Shown one piece after another: positions 38,128 through 50,349 of a stretch of 64,000 nucleotides of DNA. A program made the position numbers and the translations under genes. The notes beneath the pieces were generated by a model, which saw only the letters and a program-made list of their open reading frames with translations, did no database searches and had not been told where the DNA came from. The DNA lies in the NCBI GenBank assembly GCA_964658305.1, contig OZ210885.1, forward strand, positions 7,254,001-7,318,000. Direction: 5' to 3'. The DNA is from Leptogorgia sarmentosa. Taxonomy: Eukaryota. Position 1 is the stretch's first letter, and each line of letters starts with the position of its first letter.

Positions 38128-38199
38128 GGTTCTGTGGTGTAATGGTTAGCACTTTGGACTTTGAATCCAGCGATCCGAGTTCAAGTCTCGGCAGAACCT
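38128..38199 (+). tRNA. tRNA-Gln(TTG)
   Basis: GGTTCTGTGGTGTAATGG...TGGA CTTTGAA TCCA...GTTCAAGTCTCGGCAGAACCT. Confidence 0.9.
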
Positions 38200-39375
38200 A
38201 TTTTGACATTTCAATATTTTCCCCGAGGCACGGCGCTTAGCGCCGTCCGGGCGTCAGCCCGGGGCGAGGGTAATAATTCCGCACGGCTATTTATACCCGG
38301 GTAAAGGAGTGCATAGCGGTAAATAACATAAAAAATATATATATATAACATATTTATATCCCTACCTTGAAATTACAAATATTTGAAGATATTTTGCCTC
38401 GTGTATTTACCTTATTTTAGTGGTGATTTTGGTCATACACTACAGGTGAACCGAACACTAATTCGTTGTCATTAATTTTGTCGCTGAAATCATCGTAAAT
38501 GCCATCCCAGGGCTTTTGCAACTTCAAAAATTTTCTGGGGGAAAACATCCCAGACCGCCTTATAGAATGTCACCTGCACAAGCACAAACAGTTTAAAACA
38601 CTACATAGGCATGACAGCAAGCACATTTAAAGAATGATATGGAAACCACATTAAGTCTTTTAACCACAAAAGTTACTCAAATGAAACAAAACTTCCGAAA
38701 TATATTTGGGGACTATAAAAGATAATAAGATAGATTTCGACATTACGTGGTCAATAATTGAACAGTGTATTTCGTATACGGGGTTTATATTTCACCACTT
38801 CTAAAAACCTGGGAAGATTTTTTCATGACACGAAGATAGACTAATTCAGTAATGTAATATTGGCCAGTTTTTGAAAAGCTTGGGAAATATATTTTTCCCC
38901 GTGACATGATGATACGAAGTCGGACTATAGTTACGTATCGTAATATACGTTGTAGGTGAAACAGTATTATGTCAGTGGACATAAAAACAAAACGCAAATG
39001 GCTCGATAGATAATCAGCAAGTAGCAAAGGCCGAAGTTCCTGCTCTGTGAGCTGTCAAACTTGGCACTATATTTATCTATAAGCCAAAGATAATGCATAG
39101 CGACAGGGATTATAAATACGAGATGTAAAATGAAATAAAGTTGGATCTGAGCTTTCGGGACTGATCACTGCATACATACATACAAACTGCTAGTAAATAC
39201 ACATTGTCTGAATGAACATGCCAAAGATTTCTGAAACGAACATGCCAACTCGGCGTCTCCCTTCTGGCCCAAAATTCTTCTGCTCTCTATGTGTGTCTGC
39301 TGTCTACCATTCCCGCACTCACACTGTTATTTTCAATGTGCTATCCCTATTTTAACACCAAAAAGAGGGGCTACG

Positions 39376-39510
39376 AGTAGATTACCTCGCACATCTGGCG
39401 GCGGAAGTAATTAGTATGTAAAAATGGGAAGTGCATTCGCGCCGGAAGTAATTAGTATGCAGAGTCCTGCAGAATATTAATATGCAGAATGACGTGAGAG
39501 TAATGGCGTG
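39376..39510. mobile_element. Candidate terminus of a Polinton/Maverick-like relic
   Basis: Begins AGTAG; duplicated cggaagtaattagtatg motifs; followed by compact small ORFs. No partner TIR or core gene seen. Confidence 0.3.
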
Positions 39511-39542
39511 TATCTTTTTATTAAAAAATATTTTACAAGTGT

Positions 39543-39776
39543 TTACAATTTATCATAAAGTTTTAGCAATTTGTTTTTGAGATAATTCTGGTATGCCGTA
39601 TCTTGTTCCTTGCTTTCGAATGTATCCTTTGAGTATCTGAAGATTGGTGTGAAGTAACATTCATGGAATGATCCAGGAGGGTTTTCCATTTCTTTTAGGA
39701 CATAGACTAGTACTGGATTGTCTATAGTTTCTTGAAATAATGATTCGACTAAAAGAAGATAGGATTTTTGTTTCAT
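39543..39776 (-). CDS. Small hypothetical protein (77 aa), divergent from the LRR gene
   Basis: ATG-initiated ORF with protein-like composition, about 65 bp from the divergent LRR gene. Confidence 0.4.
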   Translation of the reverse strand: MKQKSYLLLVESLFQETIDNPVLVYVLKEMENPPGSFHECYFTPIFRYSKDTFESKEQDTAYQNYLKNKLLKLYDKL

Positions 39777-39841
39777 TTGAAGTAAGTACTCACCAAATTC
39801 ATTTTGGTAGGGAATATTTAGGATTTCAATAATATGTAGCT

Positions 39842-40490
39842 ATGAATTTTTCCCAAACGGTTTGATCTGCATTTTGCATAGCATTGAGACCGTACATTTC
39901 CCATTTTTCAAAATCATTGGTAGCTCCTTTGGCCATGATTGTCTCGAAAGACATAAATTAAATATGCTTGATTGTGCCAGAAAGGATTTATTGCCCGTCC
40001 CTGAGTACGCCACGGTGGAAGGATGGGTGAAATACGTAGATTTGATGTACAATAACATCACTGCCATCAACATTTCTTCACCTTTAAAATCATTCCCAAA
40101 CCTGACCACTATAAATCTTCGCCACAACCCCGTAAAATGCATCATTGGTCCGCCCCTGATAATAATCGACAGCGACTGTCCCTCTCAAAATACTCCATCA
40201 ACGGTTTCTCCTACAACTCAAATATACGCTACAACTCAAATATACGCTACAACCCACAGGAAATCAATCAACCACAACTTTAAGCTCCATCTCCACAACA
40301 GTCGCCACTGGTGCTAAAAATTTGTATTGTTTTCGTTTGTTTCCTGTTTGTTTATCGTGCAAAACGCCGTCCAGATCGTCCTCCCAACTCATTCGCTTTG
40401 GAAAACCTTCACGACTCCTCTGAGACTTTCTCCATCTCATCAACCGATAGCGAAAACATTTGGTACAATCGTAACGAAAGCATTTTATAA
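39842..40490 (+). pseudogene. Mini-LRR / Ser-Thr stalk / TM receptor-like gene 1 (frameshifted)
   Basis: LDCARKDL..WVKYVDLMYNNITAIN..FPNLTTINLRHNPVKC..SDC; Thr/Ser stalk; after frameshifts LVLKICIVFVCFLFVY-RAKRR and a tail ending NESIL*. Confidence 0.7.
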
Positions 40491-41006
40491 CACCCGTTAA
40501 ACAAAGACCTCAACGGGTAGTACCCGATATTTCTCAATTGAGAACATGGGTAATGCCCACGCTGGACTGTCGTCTAAGTAGCCTGGCCTGGTAAATTATG
40601 AACAGTGATTGCCCGGGTCTATAATCATATGCATTTAGCCAGGCCAGAGTGGTCAACAGCGAGCTCGATTTAGCTCAAGTGGTAAGGCGCGGGGCGTGCG
40701 TTGCAGTTCTATAGTTCAAGCCCCGGTTCGACACATTTTTTCAGCGTTAGTGATGAAAACTTTTTTTTCCTCAATATTTATCTGACCACAATGGTCAGGG
40801 TTAGGATTCTAGGGTTTGGGTTGGGATTAAGGAAATTCTTAGTATATAGAAAAATGGTTTATATCTAACACTATATAACTATATCAAGAGTAATACTGAA
40901 ACGCCGACCAGCAAGCTTAGGCGATAGTCCAGCGTGGGCATTACCCGTGTTCTCAATTGAGAAATATTGGGTACTACCCGTTGAGCTCTTTGTTCAACGG
41001 CTGTTT
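40490..41006. mobile_element. MITE with about 95-bp TIRs containing a tRNA-like head and a TTAGGG-like tract
   Basis: 40490-40585 inverted relative to 40910-41006; ttataa at both flanks. Confidence 0.8.
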
Positions 41007-41323
41007 ATAACTTTTCATCTAAGCTTAATATTTCATTTTGTTGATATTTGCATCGCAGACGGTAGACTAAACATGCATCGCAGACGGTAGACTAAATATT
41101 GTTATTAGTAAATGTCATATGTTACTTGTCACGCGACACGAATAGCTATGACTGACACATGGGCGTTCTTTGCGGTTACGTCATTTTAACACAAACCCTA
41201 ATAACTCTGACGCTATTAAATATTCAAAGTACGCCCATGAGTTAATCACGGCGACCCAGATATATTTACACTGCTATCCTGCGAGTACCAAGTGACAACA
41301 ATTCAATTTCAGAAGGCCTCTGT

Positions 41324-41619
41324 CAAGGCCGTCGGAAGCAAATATACATTGGGGGGGGGGGGCTCGCCAGAAGCCTCAGCACTAGGTGAATGCCGATGGC
41401 GTTCGCGCTGCTAGGGGGTATGCCCCCCGTAGAAAATTTTGAAGTCTAGAACCCCCGAAAATAGGATTTCCAGCGTTTTGGGAAATACATTTTTGATTTT
41501 TTAGAATTCTGAAGATCAGGTTCGCATTTTTTCTAGTCTGAGTGTTTTGTTTTGTATATGTAAAAATTATTGGGGGGCTGAAGGCCCCCCAGCCTCCCCC
41601 CCCGCTTCCGACTGCCTTG
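41324..41619. mobile_element. MITE with 7-bp TSD (P/hAT-like CA..TG ends)
   Basis: TIR caaggccgtcggaagc/gcttccgactgccttg; TSD CCTCTGT. Confidence 0.85.
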
Positions 41620-41929
41620 CCTCTGTTCTCCTGCGCCTCCTTGAGGCCGTCTTGTGATGCGAAGCTTACGTATAACAATCAAGCTCAAAAGCAAAAGTAC
41701 TCCAGCTGACAATCCGGTATAAATGGCATAATATGGAAAGGTCGACGTTGAGGGTTTACTTGTTGCTGTAATTCTGGGTCGAGTCGTTAGGTCTATGGTT
41801 TCAGTTGAAATTAAAGTCTTGCGTAAGCTTGAAGTCAGGGTTTGGATTAAGGCCTTGAGTGATAACGAGGTTTAAAGTTTGAGGACTTAGTAGTCGAAAT
41901 ACAGCTTGCGGTGAAAATGAAATCAATGT

Positions 41930-42335
41930 CTTCGATGAGGTTAAAATAAGGGGGGTGGTCACGATCTTCGTTGAGGTTAAAATAAGGGGGGTGGTCACGA
42001 TCATCGATGAGGTGGAAATAAAGGGGGGTGGTCACGATCTTCGATGAGGTTAAAATAAGGGGGGTGGTCACGATCTTCGATGAGGTTAAAATAAGGGGGG
42101 TGGTCACGATCTTCGATGAGGTGGAAATAAAGGGGGTGGTCACGATCTTTGATGAGGTGGAAATAAGGGGGGTGGTCACGATCTTCGATGAGGTGGAAAT
42201 AAAGGGCTGGTCACGATCTTTGATGAGGTGGAAATAAGGGGGGTGCTCACGATCTTCGATGAGGTTAAAATAAGGGGGGTGGTCACGATCTTCGATGAGG
42301 TGGAAATAAGGGGGCTGGTCACGATCTTCGATGAG
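41930..42335 (-). repeat. 36-bp coding minisatellite, about 11 copies
   Basis: Unit gtcacgatcttcgatgaggttaaaataaggggggtg encodes a 12-aa Thr/Ser-rich repeat on the minus strand. Confidence 0.95.
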
Positions 42336-42465
42336 ATCAATGTCTTTGTTGGAATTAAGGTCTGGGACGAGATTAAACTTTAAAGGAAAATGTGGTCGAG
42401 GTTGGGCTGGATTTGCTTGACACCACGTTTGGCGTGCCTATTTGAAAAAAATAGACTGTATAGAC

Positions 42466-43038
42466 TGTAGGTTTGAAACTTGACTTACACCTTGCCATTT
42501 CCATGGTAACGTAGCGCATGCACATGTTTAGGGGTTTAGTTTAGGTTTCGGGTTTCAATGTTATACAAAGGCTGCAGAGCGAGAACGCTAAGCAAACTAT
42601 TATCAAGTAACGCGGTCGAAAGATCTATTTTTGTTATACAAGTTGGTGTGCGCCGACCAAAGTAAGTTATATTCACCTTGTCGTATAGTTAGTTTTGGTC
42701 TTATCTTATTATCTATAGCGTAACATGTTGTAGTATTCATGTATATGCATGTTAGTCTTGCGCGCATGCCGTAATCTGTGTAATTCTTTTCCTAATTGTA
42801 TAGTTCGAACCATACTCATTCCATACCAATCCTATTAATCATCTATCTATCGATACCTACAACCTTTAATCTCAACCTGCTACCAAGCTATATCGACAAC
42901 AGAACATTCATTATTAACTGGTATTAAAGTTATTGTTTGGTGTGTGTATGTGTGTGAAGTTCGTATTATTGCTGCGCATCATACTTGTATTGACTCTTGG
43001 ACATTGCGTCTTTCAATAATCTGCCCAGAGAGTCTACA
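42466..43038 (+). repeat. LTR1 (573 bp)
   Basis: TG...CA; lacks 10 bp (tcgcctgcag) present in LTR2 and LTR3. Confidence 0.95.
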
Positions 43039-43234
43039 TTAGTTCGAATTTGAAGGCACAGTTTACTAAAATCCTGCGCTCGAAGCAAATATTCACAGAG
43101 CACATCGTGTTACTGACGCGTTACATTTCAATCAAGTCCGATCAAGGCTGTCAACACGCTCGGCGGTGATCGACTTAACTGCGCCTGCGGCAACCGTATC
43201 AAATAATCCATGTCTACGTAGTTAACACCTGAGA

Positions 43235-46200
43235 ATGACTGACGGAGATGAACACTCAATCGAAAAACTGAAAAAAATTCGCAGCACCGCGAAGGCAAAC
43301 GTGACACGTAAGATAAATAGACTTGACGAACTTATGGCTAGCAACAATATTCAAGCTGTGGAAGAGACGAAAAACGACCTTTATGCAACTGTTAACGAAT
43401 TTCAACTAGCGCATAAAGCCTGTCATGAAAAACTCGATTGTGAAGAGGAGAAGTCGAACTCGTCTAAATATTGCGCGGCCGTCTTAGAAGAAGCGGAAAA
43501 GCAGAAAACCAAGGTACATCTTTGGCTAACCGAACAACAAAAGAATGATACTGCCCCAACAGGGTTCGACATCCGCCCCGACGATTCGATTAGCAACGTC
43601 AGTTCCGTGCGGTCAAAAAAGTCTAAGTCTAGCTCCGTGAGAAGTTCAGCAAGTGCCAAAGCAAGAGCGGCTGCGAGAAAGGCAGCGTTAGAAGCTAAGG
43701 CCACGTCGCTTCAAAGGTTGCATGAAATTCAGTACGAGGAATTGAAGCTTCAACAAAGGAAGGCTGAAATAGAGCTTCAAGCTGAGATAGATGTTGCAGA
43801 AGCTGAACGAAGGGTATACGAAGAGAGTGAAGTTGAAGAAATGTATGGTCAAGTAAAAAAGGGCACCCATTCGTCTGAATATCCCGAACAAATGAACCAT
43901 GCTTCTACCAGTAGTCCTGCTATACAGTCGAGCAAACAACACGCTCAGCCAAATATTCCCAATCGACTATCGAAAGATCAGCTGGAAAACCCTATTGCGT
44001 TAAAGTTACTTCGTGATCCTAAAGAGCATTACGGCGACAAGGCGGTTCAAAAGGATCAGAAGACGAAGAATCACCATGAAAGTTTTCGTGACGAGTCATT
44101 TCAAATGCTAATGGAAACACAGGATCGTCAAAATACCGTATTGCGGCAGTTGATTGAGCAACAACAACAAGGCGTTATGGCGTTAACGCTACCCCAGCCC
44201 ACGATGCAGATCTTTAATGGTGATCCAACAAGCTACTGTGATTTCGTTCGTGCCTTCGAGCATCTAGTCGAAAGAAAAACTACATGTCCCAGTGCGCGAT
44301 TGTACTACCTTGTACAATACACCTCGGGTCATGTACAAGAATTAATGAAGAGCTGCCTTTCAATGAAACCTAGCGAAGGATACATGGAAGCAACACGGCT
44401 GTTAAAGGAAAGATATGGTCAAAGCTATCAGATCGCATCTGCGCACGTAGATCGCTTGATCAATGGCCCTGTCATAAAGGCTGACGACGGTGTAGAGCTT
44501 CAGAGATATTCCATCCAATTAACGAGTTGTGCTAACACGTTGAAGGAAATTGGCTGTATTGGGAAACTGGACAACCCAGAGAATCTGCGAGGGATCATCA
44601 ACCGTCTTCCCACCGCAATACGATTTAAATGGCGAGATGCAGTTGACCGGATTGTGGATCAAGAAAGGAGAGACGTAACAATCGATGACGTCACGAAGTT
44701 TGTAACAAGTCGAGCGAGAGCTGCAATCCATCCTGTGTTTGGAAAGGTAGACAGAGAAAAGAAGGAAATGACTGATCCTGACCAAAGGCGACCGCGTCCA
44801 TCTGGCGGAATCAGAGCAAATGGATTCGCGACTCACGGTGAACAGGGCAATCAGGATGGAGCAACAAAACCAAAGACATGTCCATCGTGTAAACAGAATC
44901 ATTGGCTTTCGCGTTGTGAAGGGTTCCGTAAACGGTCGTTAGAAGAGAGGCTGAAGTTTGTAAAGGACAAGAAGTTATGCAATAACTGTTTACTTCCTGG
45001 TCATTACGTTCGCTCCTGTACGAAGCCGAGTTTTTGCAAGGTTCCAGAATGCAATGGAAAACACTCGACCTTCCTTCATCTGAGGGGCAACACATGCAAC
45101 AAGAAGACCGATCCCCAACACAAGGAAGAACCTGAGGAGCTAGGGGAGGAATCAGCAGCAGCACATACTGCTTATGTCAAGATGTCCACAAAGCCAAATG
45201 TCTCAGCACGCAGTTCAACCGCTACAGCATTGGCTATTGTCCCAGTTCGAGTGAAAGCGAAAGGAGGGTCAGCGTCAGGGATTATTCTAAGGAAATTTTA
45301 TCACTGTACAAAAGCACAAAAAATTATAAAAATATGTAAATATGAAGTTGTGTTGGAAAAGGTCTGACTGACCAATTCAGAACATCAAACTGTTTCCTAT
45401 TTTCCTATTTAGCTTTTTGCTAAAATATGTAAAGTTATGAAACTATTGCTGTTGTATGCTTAAAGTTATTCCCAAATTCTAATAAATGATGAATAACATA
45501 TTTTATTCACTGCACAAAATGTATTTTATCACTGCACAATTCTCATTTATCACTGCACAAATTGGTTATCACTGCACCTTAGAATAATCCCTGGTCAGCG
45601 TTCGTGGAAACGTACGCATTCCTCGATTCAGGATCGAATACTTCGTTCTGCACTGAAACCCTGCTAAAGCAACTGAACGTTAGTGGAAGCATGACGAATC
45701 TTTCGTTGACAACAATACATGGAGAAAATGTACCTACTCAGTGTTCCTTGGTAAGCCTCGAAGTGTCTGATCTCAATGCTGTGAATCATGTTGACCTACC
45801 AGTGGTGTATTCAAGACCATCCCTACCTATCTCGCCGGACGCAATTGGCAAAGAAGAAGATATTCACCGTTGGGAACATTTGAAGGGTTTATCCTTGCCA
45901 GAAATCGATGCTGAGATTGGTCTTCTCATTGGCAGCGATGTACCAGAAGCCTTACAGCCCATTGAAGTGCGCCCTAGTGAAAATGGTGGTCCGTTTGCAA
46001 CCAGGACAGTCTTTGGATGGGTATTGAATGGTCCTCTTCACAGAAGCAAATCAAAGATTCCTACCGCCAACTTTGTGCAATCGACTAATGCATTAGAACG
46101 CCAGTTTCACAATTACTGCAACCGTGAGTTTAACGATTCGAATTACGAAGTAGAACCAGCAATGTCCCAGAACGACAAAAGGGCCTTAAAGATTATGGAA

Positions 46201-49200
46201 GACTCCATCGAGTTAGTCAATGGACATTATGTAATTGCCCTACCGTGGAAAAGGTATCCACCACGATTGCAAACCAACCGACCCTTAGCTGAACAACGAC
46301 TGAATTCGCCCAAAAGACGACTCCAACGAGAACCTATCGTGCACGAGAAGTACACGGCGTTCATGAACGATCTACTGAGCAAAGATTACGCGAGAAAGGT
46401 GAACTACGAAGACCACAATTCGCCAAAAATCCTTTGGTACCTTCCCCACCACCCAGTATTGAATCCTCACAAACCCGAGAAGGTTAGAGTAGTCTTCGAT
46501 TGCTCTGCTAAATACGGTAATACGTCACTCAACGACCAACTGCTACAGGGGCCGGATATGACCAACACTTTAGTCGGAGTACTCACAAGGTTCAGAGAAG
46601 AAAGAGTGGCTATGACGTCAGATATCGAGTCCATGTTCTACCAAGAGCGTGTGCAACAAAGCGACCGTAGCGCGTTAAGATTCTTGTGGTGGCCAAATGG
46701 AAGGTTCGATGAACCAGTTGAAGAATACGAAATGCAGGTACATCTATTTGGCGGAGCATCATCACCCAGCTGAGCAAACTTTGCCCTGAAACAGACAGCA
46801 GAAGACAACAAGGCAGAGTTCGATCCGCAAACCGTTGAAACAGTCAGAAAGAATTTTTATGTTGACGACTGTCTCAAGTCAGTGAAATCCGACGAGGAAG
46901 CAGTTAGAATGGCGAGTCAATTACGTGAATTGCTATCGAGAGGTGGCTTTAGATTGACCAAGTGGAATTCGACGTCACAAAGACTTATCAAGTCCTTGCC
47001 AGAGTCAGAAAGAGCGGAGAAAATCAAAGATCTCAACTTCGACAATTTATCGATCGAAAGAGTTTTGGGGGTCCAATGGAACGTCTCAACCGACCAGTTT
47101 GGGTTCAGCATCGTCATCAAAGACCGTCCCATGACTAGGAGAGGACTACTGTCCGTCGTAAGTTCAGTGTTTGACCCGTTGGGATTCGTTTGCCCATTCA
47201 TCCTCCAAGCGAAGCGAATTCTGCAAGATTTATGCCGAATGAAGCTGGACTGGGACGAACCAATTCCTGAGAAGTTCCAAGACCGCTGGCGATCATGGTT
47301 GCAAGATCTACCAAGATTGGAAGAATTGGAAATCGACCGTTGCTTCAAACCCAACGATGAAGAAATCATGTCAAGTCAACTGCATCACTTCGCAGACGCT
47401 TCCCAGGAAGGATACGAAGCAGTTACATACCTGAGAATCGAGAACAAACAACAAGAAGTCAAATGTTCGTTTGTCATGGGAAAATCGCGCCTTGCCCCAA
47501 TCAAGTCAGTAACAATTTCTCGTATGGAACTATCCGCGGCTGTAACGGCAGTTAAGTTAAACAAGATGTGTCATGCGGAATTAAGCCTACCAGTTGAAGA
47601 AACACTTTTCTGGACAGACAGTACCTGCGTACTCAAATACTTGGAGAACGAAGATAAGCGTTTTCAAACCTTCGTTGCGAACCGCATCAGCGTGATACGA
47701 GAAACGTCCTCCTTGGAACAGTGGCACTACGTCAACACTGATGACAATCCTGCAGATGATGCATCCAGAGGAGTCTCAGCTACTCAACTGCATCGCTGGA
47801 TACACGGTCCAACCTTTCTGCAGCAACCAACTAGCACCTGGCCTCGACGCCCGGAAGGTATTGACCGGAAAATCGCGCCAGACGATCCTGAAGTCAAGAA
47901 GGAATTGGCGGCATTCGCATGCGAGACCATTAGTCCGGATCTCATTACCACAGTTATATCCAGATGTTCATCGTGGAGTCGACTGATAAGAGTTGTTGCT
48001 TGGACTCTGAAATATATTTCAATTCTGCTGCGGCGTGTACGAGCGAAGAAGAACGGTAGAAAAATTATGCCAACGACAACGATTGCCCCAATAACCGTCC
48101 CCGAATTGCGTGGAGCTGAGAAAGAGATTGTCGAACACGTTCAACGAGAAGCCTTTTCAGAAGAGATCAGCGTACTAATGAAGTACGAAAGAGGAGGATC
48201 AAATCCCAAGGCGATAAAGAAATCGAGCAGTATCTATCAACTGGATCCTGTTGTCAATGACGGCCTGTTACGTGTTGGTGGTCGCCTACGACGAGCCCAG
48301 ATCAGCGAGGAAGCGAAGCACCCAAGTATTCTGCCAAAAACCCACCACATCGTCACCATAATCGTCAATTATTACCACCATGTCGCGGGACATTCAGGCG
48401 TGGAGCACACATTGTCCCTCATTCGAGAAAGATACTGGATAGTAAACGGAAGGTCAACGGTCAAGAATATTATCGGAAAATGCTACAGCTGCCGAAAACG
48501 TCAATCCCCAGTGTCCCAACAGAAGATGGCTGACTTACCACGTGATAGAGTTACACCTTCAAAGCCGCCATTCACTTATACTGGCGTCGATTGCTTTGGA
48601 CCGTTCGAAGTGAAACGAGGAAGATCAACCGTTAAGCGATACGGCGTCCTTTTCACCTGCCTCACTGTTCGTGCGATCCACATCGAAGTAGCCGCGTCCT
48701 TAGATACAGAATCCTTCATCAACGCTCTTAGGCGTTTCATTGCTCGAAGGGGTCAGCCCGAAGAAATACGCTCAGACAATGGAGGAAACTTCGTAAAGGG
48801 TGAGAAGGAACTCAAGCGAGCAGTGAATGACTGGAATCAGACCCATATTCACGAAGCCCTTTTGCAACAAAACGTTAAATGGACCTTCAACCCACCAGCC
48901 GGATCTCATCATGGTGGCGTATGGGAAAGGTGCATACGGACGGTCAGAAAGGTTATCCTGGCAACCTTGAAGGAGCAGCAGTTGGATGACGAATCTCTCA
49001 ACACCCTCATGTGCGAAGTAGAGTCTGTGGTGAACGGCAGACCTATTACCAAATTGTCGGACGACCCCCGAGACAACGAACCCTTGACCCCCAACCATCT
49101 ACTGTTACTACGCTCGGGATCAAGCCTCCCACCTGGTATTTTCTGCAAGGAAGATGGTTATGGAAGAAGAAGATGGCGTCAAGTACAGTATATGGCAAAC

Positions 49201-49453
49201 GTGTTCTGGCGCCGTTGGTTAAAGGAATTCCTCCCGTCCCTCCAACGAAGACAGAAGTGGAGTATTCCACAGAGAAATTTCACAGTCAACGACGTAGTTT
49301 TGGTTTTGGACGAGAACAAGCCACGGTGCAATTGGCCTCTCGGACGCGTGGTTGAAGTCTATACAAACGCTGGTGACAAGCTCAAGCATCTGAACTTGTG
49401 AGACCAGTGGACAAGATCGTGCTACTGGAGGAAGACCAGACAATGAAGCGATG
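43235..49453 (+). pseudogene. gag-pol, copy 1 (disrupted)
   Basis: MITE insertion at 45276; TGA at 46771 where copy 2 has TGT; net 25-bp deletion near 49384. Confidence 0.95.
45276..45593. mobile_element. hAT-type MITE inserted in the protease region of copy 1
   Basis: Perfect 17-bp TIR cagggattattctaagg; perfect 8-bp TSD GTCAGCGT; empty site in copy 2 at about 52371. Confidence 0.97.
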
Positions 49454-49570
49454 AACAAGTAACGTACTGTACCTTCCTCAACCTACTTTTTAGTATACTC
49501 GAGTTGTTTCAAACCATTTGTTATGTTAGTTATTAGTAAAGGCTCATAATCCGCCTTTAAGGGGCCGGTA

Positions 49571-50153
49571 TGTAGGTTTGAAACTTGACTTACACCTTGC
49601 CATTTCCATGGTAACGTAGCGCATGCACATGTTTAGGGGTTTAGTTTAGGTTTCGGGTTTCAATGTTATACAAAGGCTGCAGTCGCCTGCAGAGCGAGAA
49701 CGCTAAGCAAACTATTATCAAGTAACGCGGTCGAAAGATCTATTTTTGTTATACAAGTTGGTGTGCGCCGACCAAAGTAAGTTATATTCACCTTGTCGTA
49801 TAGTTAGTTTTGGTCTTATCTTATTATCTATAGCGTAACATGTTGTAGTATTCATGTATATGCATGTTAGTCTTGCGCGCATGCCGTAATCTGTGTAATT
49901 CTTTTCCTAATTGTATAGTTCGAACCATACTCATTCCATACCAATCCTATTAATCATCTATCTATCGATACCTACAACCTTTAATCTCAACCTGCTACCA
50001 AGCTATATCGACAACAGAACATTCATTATTAACTGGTATTAAAGTTATTGTTTGGTGTGTGTATGTGTGTGAAGTTCGTATTATTGCTGCGCATCATACT
50101 TGTATTGACTCTTGGACATTGCGTCTTTCAATAATCTGCCCAGAGAGTCTACA
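49571..50153 (+). repeat. LTR2, shared central LTR (583 bp)
   Basis: TG...CA; preceded by the purine tract and followed by the same leader as LTR1. Confidence 0.95.
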
Positions 50154-50349
50154 TTAGTTCGAATTTGAAGGCACAGTTTACTAAAATCCTGCGCTCGAAG
50201 CAAATATTCACAGAGCACATCGTGTTACTGACGCGTTACATTTCAATCAAGTCCGATCAAGGCTGTCAACACGCTCGGCGGTGATCGACTTAACTGCGCC
50301 TGCGGCAACCGTATCAAATAATCCATGTCTACGTAGTTAACACCTGAGA

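Larger units (their letters stand above)
41266..42437 (-). pseudogene. Mini-LRR receptor-like gene 2, 3' exon (mucin stalk, TM, tail)
   Basis: Acceptor ttttttcaaatag|GC; TTPLISTSSKIV repeats; TM YAIYTGLSAGVLLLLSLIVI followed by RKLR; tail continues in frame once the 41324-41619 MITE is removed; frameshifts present. Confidence 0.7.

Noticed and set aside
41930..42335. CRISPR-like 36-bp repeats
   Set aside because: No spacers; in-frame coding minisatellite
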